A stretch of 64,000 nt of DNA from Vicugna vicugna. Lineage: Eukaryota. Both the position numbers and the translations under genes were made by a program. The stretch spans positions 310,001 to 374,000 of the forward strand of contig MU058451.1 in the NCBI GenBank assembly GCA_013265495.1, in the 5' to 3' direction. The stretch's first letter is position 1; every line of letters starts with the position of its first letter. The notes beneath the pieces are model-generated. The model saw only the letters and a program-made list of their open reading frames with translations. It did no database searches and was not told the DNA's origin. Of the stretch, positions 54,401 to 64,000 are shown one piece after another.

Positions 54401-55959
54401 GTGAAATAAAAGCATGGTGGCTTGGTCTAGAAAGTTAAATGAGGCTTAATCTTCCAAACTGTAAAGCACAAATAGGATTTGGATAGGCAGGAAAAGACTG
54501 AGCGCCACAAGCAAGGGTCAGTCAATACTGGCTAAAGGAGTCTGGCTGAAGTACAAGGCTTGTGTTCAAAGCAAGGAGGCTATAAAAATACATTGGGCCA
54601 AGACTTCAGCTTGGCCGAGTGGCAATAATAAGACTGAAAAGTTAAAGGGGTAATGAAAGGAAGAGTTTTTAGTAAGCTCAATCTCCAAGGGAACTGAGTT
54701 GCAGATGAGAGACCAAAACAGTAAAATGGTACAATAGTTAAATAAGGTAGAGAAACACAGCCATTATTTAGGTTTTCAAGTCAAAGAAAATCTACTACTG
54801 AGGCTAAAGTAACTAGCTGTATCGATGAAATTTATCAACTCTTCACTTTGTTTTTCATACAAAACAGCTTAAGTAGGTGGTTTATTTTATTAAACCTTTT
54901 CGCTATATTTCTAAAGTGTCACATAACTAACTCTATTTATGTAAAAATCTACTTTAATTTAGAAAAATTAGGACAGTTGTTATCATTGGTCCCAAGCCTT
55001 TCTCAAAAGGAAATAAATGCCATTTCACAGTTTTGTTGATTCTGTTAGGGCCATAAGGGTACCATCTGAGCACTAGAAGAAATCATTTATTGGTTGACCA
55101 ATATAACCAATCCCTTCTAAAACTGAGCAATTTACTTTGTCATTCCCCTTGAGAAAGTCTAGTTTGTTATATACCCTGTAGATAATTTTCTCCAGAAATT
55201 ATTTCCCACTTACATGAAAAAATATTTTAAACTATGAAATAAAAACTTACTGTACTTATCCTATTTCAAAAGAACATATCCTACTTCAAAGGGCCCTTAT
55301 ATATGAGATACACACATACGTATAAATATGTCTGTTTATATATCATTTCCACGATAGATTTCTGGTGCTCAGAGTGACTCAGGCAGTAGGAGAACTGGCG
55401 CACTGGCTCTTACTTAATTAACCCTTGGTCTTCCAAACACCATCACTTAATTATGACCATGGTTCTCAGCCACAGCTGTTCCACTTGAACACATCCTAAG
55501 GGAATGTGTTCCACATCAAAAAGACCGACTCTTCTGGGAAAAAAAAAATCTAAGCTTGTGGTGGGAAAATAATGGATCCAAGGTGAACACATCTGCTTCT
55601 TCACTTGTGTTGCTTATTCTTTGTTTCTAAGAAATAATATTGTAAAGAGTCAAGAAAAAGAAAAAATGAGAATGACAAAGGGGAAAAAAGTACCTAAAGG
55701 AACAGAAGCTACAATGAGAAGTTCATGACAGAAAGAAAATGCAAAATACTAAAAAAACAAACAAACAAACAAAAAACTTTAAAAAAAATCAACCCTGACA
55801 TTTATTAAGAATAATAGCATGGGGATAGACTTCAAACTTCTAGACTAGTGATTTAAAATTAAATACGAATCTCACATGACTTTATTGTGCTAGGTAATAA
55901 TGATACATGTGCATTTAAATTAACTTAAAAATAAAAGGGAAGCTGAACAATGTAATATA

Positions 55960-56045
55960 TTTAGCAGTACTAAACTGTACACTTACAAAATGAGATGGTA
56001 AATTTTATGTGTTTTTTTTTTACCACAATAATAAAAAAATATATA
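55960..56045 (+). mobile_element. L1 3' terminal fragment
   Basis: actaaactgtacacttacaaaatgagatggtaaattttatgtgttttt...taccacaataataaaaaa. Confidence 0.75.
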
Positions 56046-57268
56046 AAATAAAAGTAAGGCTACCTAGGACAATCTAGGATTTTTGTCCACTTAAAATAGA
56101 GGCATCAAATGGTTAGGAGCTCTCATTTAAAACATATATCTTGATTTTGTGGAAAAATATGAACAAAAGATTTCATTTATAAAGATACTAAAAAATGTTA
56201 GATTTATAGAAATTTCTGATACTCTGATAAAAAGATATTTTATTATCATGGCTATCAACAAAAAACTTTGAGTACTAACCTGCAGAGTTGGGATTTTTTT
56301 ATGTCTTTTTAAACCACATAAACACAAATATACTGCACTCGGGGAAATACATCAGTCCCAAGAGGACACAAGAACTACTGCAGCTTTTAAAATACATTAA
56401 TTGCACTGGTTTCCTCAAAACCCAGAAAAGGAAATTCCCTATCACTTCAGGTCAACATCACAGGACATCTTAAGAGTTATTCTAAAAACTGTAATTTTTT
56501 AAAGTTCATTATTAGATAATATGATAGATTCACTTAATGTTAAATTATTAAGTAAAACCCATTAGGTAAAAAAATAATAAATTTTCAAAATGTAGATTGT
56601 ATATGCATGTAATATTTGTCAGGTATTAGGAAAAAAATTGTATTGGGCTAAAAATTATCTTAACTATTTTATGTTATGTAACCCATTAGGCTAAAGAAGA
56701 GTGGAAAAATTAGTGAGCTAAGATTACTGAGTTAATGGAGAAGGAAAATAGAACAAGGAAAGAAAAAAATAAAACAGATATAAGGGTACATTCATTTTGA
56801 AACCCTACAGACCAAAAAAAAAAAAAAAAATTCCAAGCAGAATTTAAAACAGTATTTCTGGAAACCAAATTCTGTTCTAACACTAAAAGAGCTCAAAGGT
56901 CATCCACCCATACAAAACTAAACAAAACTAAAGTCTTCTCAGTTACTGGAAAGGAAGGAAAAAGAATACTATATTTAATATAGAAATTAGAATTTAACAA
57001 GTGCTAAGCTCAGCTGGGGTTATGCAGAACGAAGCACACACAGCCCACTGCAGAGGAGCAATTCCCTGGTACACGCCCTCTCCGCCGCTGCCCCCTACCC
57101 CGCCAAACCCTTAGAAGTGCCACAAATGTTCACTTTAAGTCATTTTATGATTTAGCCTATGCCATGTTTGTGTCATGGGAAGAGGGGAGTAGAATTCACA
57201 TTCTTCTCACTGGTACTACCTCCATCATTTAAAAAAAGCATCCAAAACCATGGCTATCCCAAAGCTTG

Positions 57269-57423
57269 CTTTTTTTTTTTTAATGTATTGCACTTTTATT
57301 TATTTACTTTTGGGGGTGGCTAGGTTTAATTTTCTTTTTTTGGAGGAGGTACTGGGGCTTGAACCCAGGACCTTGTATATGCTAAGCATGTGCTCTATCC
57401 CTTGAGCTATACCCTCCACCCTG
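57269..57423 (-). mobile_element. tRNA-Ala-derived camelid SINE (Vic-1 type)
   Basis: Minus strand reads ggagggtatagctcaagggatagagcacatgcttagcatatacaaggtcctgggttcaagccccagtacctcc, then an A-rich tail. TSD caaagcttg (57260-57268 and 57424-57432). Confidence 0.9.
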
Positions 57424-57439
57424 CAAAGCTTGTATTCTA

Positions 57440-58885
57440 TGAACTGTACTAATATGCACAAATGCGTACACAACAAATGTGAAGACTCTGGTGAACTTTA
57501 ACAAACAGATAAATGTGCATTGCTACTGAAATTAACGTACACAACATTTTCATCATTCCAGAAAGTTTCTTCATGACCCTTTAGAGTCAATTCATCACTG
57601 CCAGTCACTCCAGTCAACCCATTATCTGACTTGGATCACTATACCTCAGTTTTTCCTGTTCTAAATATATCATGGAAACATACTTCTTTTCATCAGCATA
57701 ACACTTGTGAGATCCACCCATGTGGCTGTTATGTTTATCACCAGTTTGTACTTCTTTATTGCTGAATAGTATCCCGTTGTACGAATGTTACAATTTATTC
57801 AACCATTTACCCTGTTGATGGACATTTGGATTTGTCCCCGTTTGGGGCTGTTATGAATAAAGCCACTAGGAACATTCATGTGTAAGTCTTACTGTGGACA
57901 TGTGTTTACATTCCTCCTAGGTAAATGGTGAGTAATATGGTAAGAACACGTTAAACAAACTTCGCAAGAAAGTTTCTAAGAAACTGCCAATCTGTTTTCC
58001 AAAGTGGTAGCGCAGCTGATGCTCCCACCAGCAAAGAATGAGAGATCAAGTTTGCTTCACATTCTCCCCTATACTTGGTATTTATTGTCAGGTTGTTTTT
58101 TTTAATTTAGCTATTCTATTTCATTGGTTTTAATTTGCATTTCCCTGATGGTTCATGACACTAAGCATCTTCCCATGTGCTTATTGGCCATTTGCATATC
58201 TACTTTTTGTGAAGTATCTGTCCTAACCTTTCGAACATTTTTGAAGTTTGATTTCTTATTGTTAAGTTATAACTGGAGTTCTTCACATATTCTAGACACA
58301 AGTCTTCTGTATTGTGAATATTCTCTTCCAGTCTGTGGCTTGCCTTTTCATTTTCTCAACAGTTTCTTTAGAATAGCAGATGGCTTTGATTTTGATGAAG
58401 TCCAATTTACCAATTTTTTTCTTTTGTAGTTAGTGCTTTTTGTGTTCTAACACATATTTGCCTATCCCAAAGTTGGTATGATTTCATCCTATGTTCTCTT
58501 CTAAAGCTTTTATAGTTTCAGCTTTTAAATTTAGGTCTATGAGCCATTTCAAATGAAATTATATGCACATTATCAGAAAAAAGACAAGAGGACAAAGTCC
58601 ATTTTTTCTTATACCAATATCCATTGGTTTAACATCATCTGTTGATCAGAAAGCAACTGACCACATATGTATGGGTATATTTGCAAGTCCTAGTCTGTTC
58701 CATTAATCTGTATGCCTGTCATTATGCCAATACTACACTGTCTTGATTCTTGAGGCTTTATAATAAGCCTTGAAATCAGATAGCGTAAGACCTTCAAGGT
58801 TGTTCTTCATTTTCAAAATAAATTCTGGCTATTCTAGGTCTTCGCATTTCCATATGAATTTTAGCACTAGCTTGTCAATTTATAT
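57440..58885 (-). mobile_element. Old L1 (L1M) ORF2 end and 3' UTR
   Basis: ctgttgatggacatttggatt...gttttaatttgcatttccctgatg...gattttgatgaagtccaattt...ttatgccaatactacactgtcttgatt...ttccatatgaattttag. Confidence 0.92.
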
Positions 58886-59209
58886 AATTTTTGACTCACT
58901 GCTGAGTGAGAAAAAAAGTGGCTTGGCAAACAATATTAAAAAAAAATCCCATTTTAGTCCAACCAAATCTATAAATAAAGGTACATGCATAAAAGAGACT
59001 CAAAGCATTGTAATAATACGTAAAAGCATTCTCTCTAAAGGGTGATTACAAAAAAAATGATTTTTTTTCTTTTTACTGATCTGTATTTTCCCAAACTGGT
59101 AATTTTAAGGAAAAAGTTATTTGTAATTAAGGATCACAAAAAGCCCATCAATAACTTAAGTAGGGGAAAAAAGAACCGATGCTCAGTCATCCTATTTCCT
59201 CATCCTTCA

Positions 59210-59410
59210 TCTCACATCTTATCTGTAAACACACAAAAAAAGATACGAAATGGTAACAACCTAGAACTCTCCTCTGGAGAGAGGGCTGCTGCAGGAATGA
59301 AGGAAAGATTTTCACTTTTTATTTTATATACTTTTCTAATGTTTCTTGTATTACAATGGTCATGTTTATATATTTAAGAAAAATGAAAATATTTATCAAT
59401 AAAAATAAAA
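59210..59410 (+). mobile_element. Ancient L1ME-like 3' end
   Basis: ctctcctctggagagagggctg...gaaagattttcactttttattttatatactt. Confidence 0.45.
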
Positions 59411-59703
59411 TAGATGTATTAGCTGAATGGAAGCACTGATGAAAAGATCATCCTAGAACATAACTACCCACCTCTATGCCTGTCATTTAAATTTTAAGTT
59501 AAAAAAAGGCTTTTGCTTGGCTAGGAATATGGTATAAGGTGAGATAGCTGCTTCAGAAAAATCCAGAAAGGAATCATCCTGTGTCCTTCAGAATCAGAAG
59601 TAACCAGAATATACTATTTCAATAAACCCCAGGATAGCTAGAAATAAATGCTGAAGGCAAAAATAATGAGATTCAGAAGATAAATTTGTTTGTGATAGTA
59701 CTG

Positions 59704-59817
59704 CTTTGTGGTTTGTTTTTTTGTTTTAATTTTTTTACGGAGGTACTGGGGATTGAACCGTGGACCTTGCAAATGCTAAGCATGCGCTCTACCACTAAGG
59801 TACACCCCAACTCCCCC
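59704..59817 (-). mobile_element. tRNA-Ala-derived camelid SINE (Vic-1 type)
   Basis: ggaggtactggggattgaaccgtggaccttgcaaatgctaagcatgcgctctaccact. Perfect 12-bp TSD gtgatagtactg (59692-59703 and 59818-59829). Confidence 0.92.
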
Positions 59818-60057
59818 GTGATAGTACTGTTAAACATAAACAACATCCCAAATGATTACGCCATGGGTACTCAGTCCACATTTTGTAATACTGATTCAGA
59901 CTCGGGGACCGATAAGTAAATCAAGGTGAATCACTAACAGTAGTGATTCTAACACACCCAGGACAGTTCACAAATCAGCTGAAGTGTCAGACTACCCCTA
60001 AGTCCTAATACTTTCTTAGGAACTCTGCCCTTAATAGAACAGCATGAAATGTCCATA

Positions 60058-60274
60058 CAGCTTACCCTTCAACGACAGGGGGATTAGGCGCGCAGACTCT
60101 CCACACAGTGGAAAACCCCTGTATAACTCAGAGTCAGTCCTCCCTACACTCGCAGGGTCCCTCTGCATCTACGGTTCCACATCTGCACAACCAACCAACC
60201 ACAGACAGTGTAGAACTGAAACTCGTGTACAAATGGACCTGCGCAGCTCAAACCTGTGTTGTTCAGGGCAACTG
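60058..60274 (-). mobile_element. TcMar-Tigger non-autonomous element (Tigger2a-like)
   Basis: Imperfect TIRs cagcttacccttcaacgac and gttgttcagggcaactg, with TA before the left end. Internal tggacctgcgcagctcaaacctgtgttgttca is typical of Tigger2. Confidence 0.8.
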
Positions 60275-62974
60275 TCTAAATTCCATCCTATCAACAAGAA
60301 ATCTTTGACTAGCAGAAGATAAAACCATGTTAAATCCGTGAAACATAAAATCTGTGTTCATGAAAGAGGCAGCACGAGTGAATTAAGCTTGAACCTGCCT
60401 ACCAATATCCATTTGTTCTTTTCACTTTGACTTTATCATCTGACAAGTATTAAGATTCACCAAAAACATAAGCAAAAACCATGGGAGAAGAAACTTAAAG
60501 ATGAGAACATTTTATCCATTAACTTATTTAGGAAACAAACCGTTCCACTCAATTTTAGCAATGGAAGACCTCAGACCTCAGGTACGCTGTCTGAGCACCA
60601 TTATTCCCCACCATACCAACAGTGAAGAGAGCACATGAGCAGAGGAAGTGTTCCAAATAGAGAACGCAGGGAGTCTTACAACGCTCACCTCAAGGTACAC
60701 TATCACTTCCTATGCTAGGAATAAGCACCCCCAAAATTTAAACAGGCCATCAGTTGGTCTCCTTTAGATAGAGTAACTGATATTATCTAAATTTTCTAAA
60801 CTTTCTGAGCAGAATCCACAGTAAAAACATATTTTACACAGTGGCCCAGTATATACACATCCACAGTCATAAACACGAGTGTGTGTGTACAAACGCCTAC
60901 CTTTACACTTGGTGCAAAGACACTCTAAAATTTGTCTGTCATAGTCTCCAGTTTTATTTTTACACCACTTACAACTCACCAAAATGATAACCTACTTATG
61001 GACCATAACAAACAGTTCAAAAAATCCTATTATAGAAGCAAGAAAGAAGGACATGAATAGATTTAATATCTTTGAATCCTGTTAGATTATGAAACAAATA
61101 CAAAGCAACACTATTTTAAAGGTCTATGGATGGATGGTGCTTTATACTAAACTTCTATAAAAAACAGACCAATGTAATTCAACTTTCATAGACACAGGTA
61201 AAATCGACTCGCCTTAAGCCCAAGGTAGCAGTGTTACAGATAAACATAGCACTTATTTAATCTGTTTCCCGTCAAAATGTTATTCAGTTATATCTTTCAG
61301 CTTCAGTTAAAGAACTGGAGGCCTAGGCTGAGAAAGAGCTGCCTGAGAAAGTCAATCTCGTAGTCACTGATGATGCAAGAGCTCAGCTGGCCTGCTCTTG
61401 ACCTCTGAGCAGCCCCCAAGCTCCGGCTAACATTGATGGCACATCGCCATCAATCTAAATTTTGAAAAATATATATTGATTTCCCACAAATGATGATAAT
61501 GGGGTTTTTTTTTGCAGTAAATGTACTTATACAATGTTTTCTTCTATACACCAAGGCTAATAACAACACAAAGAATAAAATAGTGCTTTATATATTTTTT
61601 AAGTTCTGTTAGTCAATCAAGCTCCCTAATGAGTCAAAATCCATACCCAAAAGTAACAAAAAAATTAAGGAAGCACCTTTAATAATTCTTACATTGTGGA
61701 TAATGTACTCTTGAAGTCCTGATTACAAGGAAGATTTTTAGATATCATCTTACCTTCTTAAAGAAAATCTTATTTCCTATATATTAGAAATCTCCTACAA
61801 TTTTAAGTCTTTCAAATAACTGAATTTAAAAAGGAGTAGTCTCATACAGTTAATTTAATTAGACATAAATAAATAAAAATTAAATATTTAGTGTGTTACA
61901 TTCATCAGTAGTGTATACAAAGTACCCACTAAAAAGGATTAAATCTCTTAACATTTCCCATATCTCTGATCATTTTGGCAACTTGAGCCATCTTTCTAAG
62001 CAAATTATGTTGCACAGCTTTAAAAAAAAACCTTTACCATACATTTTCAAATAAAATTATCTTTCATGCTACTGCGTGATGAACTGAAATTTTTAGTCTG
62101 TAATTCCAGGCACTGAATTGAAAAGAATGTTTCCCATTTCCATAGTACTACAAGTAGAAATATGTAAATGAGTTCATGGGCAGAATCATTAATTTAGATA
62201 AAAAGTAAAAACACATTAATTGAACACCAAAAATGTGACAGTTCTTGCACAAAATCTAAAATGAGACAGCTGCTACCACTGGAGCTTATAAATCTAAATT
62301 AAATGGGCAAAAAAGCAGAGAATTTTAATTCTTGTTTTCCAGGAAAATGACAAGTCTGAAAGTCAGTGCTCCAATCTTTAAACTAACAGCAGTTAAGTCT
62401 GATATTGGCCTAATTATCAGTGCCAAAATTTTAGTTGGGGTTTGGGTAGGAAGCAGAAAATTTTGACCCAACTTAGAACCACAAGAGATCAAGTGAAATG
62501 GATTCCCTCTGGTTATTTCCTGGAAGATCTGGTCTGTAACACAGCCTTAGCACATACTGCTTACACCCCATATCAGCAGCCTTAAATAAAATAACCACAA
62601 ACTGATTCTAAATAAGACCTAAATAATTATTGAGAAATGACTAATTATGCAGACCTGAAAACACTCTTAAATATTATTTCAAATATTTTATATATCATTT
62701 GTTGAAAATTTGACAGGGAACTTTGGCTCTAAGTTGAGGGAAATAGACTTGTATGTAAAAATGAGAAGAGACATCAGCATTTTTGAACACCTACCCAAGG
62801 CCATTATAATGTATGACATGGATGCACGTCTCTGCAGTTGGCTGTAGTAGTATGCAAATGAAATGGTGGGGCCAGTGGGGGGTGAGGGGGGAACAGGGCC
62901 ACTTTTTCAAGGGAGGTAGTTCAAGGTTTTCAGAATCTCAAAGGAATCTGGCTACACAAAACATAATTTCATTG

Positions 62975-63132
62975 ATTTCTTACATAATCCTATGAGGTAT
63001 TTATTACTACTTCAAAAATGGGGAAATTGAGACTCAGTGAATTTAAAAAGCTTTCCCAAGGTCAACTATTAGTAAAAATAAAAGCAATGCAAGTTTTTCT
63101 GGTTCCAAAGTCCCAGCTCTTAACTTACTATG
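62975..63132 (-). mobile_element. MIR SINE
   Basis: cttacataatcctatgaggtat...ggggaaattgagactcagtgaatttaaaaagctttcccaaggtcaac...ccaaagtcccagctcttaac. Confidence 0.8.
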
Positions 63133-63164
63133 CTAAAAAATGACAGCATAAAATGAAGAAATTG

Positions 63165-63271
63165 ATTTTGGGATTTTGGGGGGGGGTAATTAGATTTTTT
63201 TTTTATTTAATGGAGGTACCTTGTGCCTGCTAAGCATGTACTCTACCACTGAGCTATAGCCTCCCCTCCTC
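63165..63271 (-). mobile_element. Vic-1-type SINE with internal 19-nt deletion
   Basis: tggaggtac|cttgtgcctgctaagcatgtactctaccactgagctatagcctcccc. TSD gaagaaattg / gaagaaactg (63155-63164 and 63272-63281). Confidence 0.88.
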
Positions 63272-63354
63272 GAAGAAACTGTTCTTCAACCAGCTTTGCA
63301 AAAAGCAGCCTGCTGATGCCGACTATAATAATGACGACGATGATGATACTAATG

Positions 63355-63525
63355 GTGAACATCTATACAACCCTAACTACGTATCCGGCGGCACTGCTGT
63401 CAGTGCCCCATTTAGTCCTCACAACAGTACACACAGATCACAGACACCATTACGGTGGTCCCTGCGGAGTTCCCAGGTGGTGGAGCTGGGTTTCAAACCG
63501 AGGCAGTAGGGCTCCTCATTCTCCA
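63355..63525 (-). mobile_element. MIR fragment
   Basis: catttagtcctcacaacag...ggtggagctgggtttcaaaccgaggcag. Confidence 0.6.
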
Positions 63526-64000
63526 CCCTTAACTGCTGTGAAAAAGACCCTTCATCTAGCGAGGCCCCGCAATTAAGGGATATGGGTAGAAAATGCAGGA
63601 AGCAGTCTTTCCTAAATAAATTTCTTCATGTTTTAAGAAATATTTTAAAAGATAATTATTACATGGTAATTCCTCCTTATTTTAGTTAACATGCAATACC
63701 ACGTAAACCTAAGTTATCACAAATAGTTTCAGGAACAATTTTCTGGTTCCTAAAAGATTTGCATAAACTCAAAGCGTCAGCCTCATCTCCCATCTAAGAA
63801 AGCTCTCATCTTCTATTACTGTATTAATATGATGAGCACAGGAGAAACCCTATGTTTTAGAAATGTTTATTACACAGCCTACGACATGGGACAGCAGAAT
63901 CAAAGTTCTCAAAATCCTTAAAAAAGACTGGCCACGGGCTTTCCCTCCACCTTTTCAGTTCCCTAGCAGAAGAATCCCTTTTCTGTGACTGGGTCTGGAC

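Noticed and set aside
57070..57105. CTCF-like motif (gtagggggcagc on minus strand)
   Set aside because: It lacks the conserved 5' CC of the core; only a partial match.
57340..63270. tRNA-Ala-like sequences as tRNA genes
   Set aside because: They have A-rich tails, TSDs and degenerate stems, so they are SINE copies.
133..63576. Supplied six-frame ORFs (60-114 aa)
   Set aside because: They are short, often non-ATG starts, many lie inside L1/L2/MIR/LTR sequence, and none resembles a protein I recognise. Their number is consistent with chance.

Overview
AT-rich, CpG-depleted mammalian genomic DNA. It is very probably camelid (camel/alpaca/llama), because it carries three tRNA-Ala-derived Vic-1-type SINEs. 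The window looks like the interior of large introns of a gene transcribed on the minus strand: the + strand is A-rich, most L1 fragments lie on +, and the best splice-site pairs are on -. It is mostly interspersed repeats (old L1M, young 5'-truncated L1 tails with TSDs, L2, MIR, one MLT1 LTR, a Tigger2-like MITE, a hAT MITE) plus microsatellites. No long coding ORF is present, and no supplied ORF is credible as a stand-alone gene. A few small minus-strand exon candidates are visible: 2689-2745 (57 nt), 15206-15264 (59 nt), a short terminal exon with stop and AATAAA at about 34941-35083, and weaker ones at 18648-18760, 43548-43647 and 53165-53284. I could not recognise the host gene. I found no convincing new biological system. 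The most interesting signals are the possible regulated alternative last exon(s), a SINE with a precise T-arm deletion, and several TSD-flanked micro-insertions. Repeat boundaries and family names are by eye and approximate unless TSDs are quoted.
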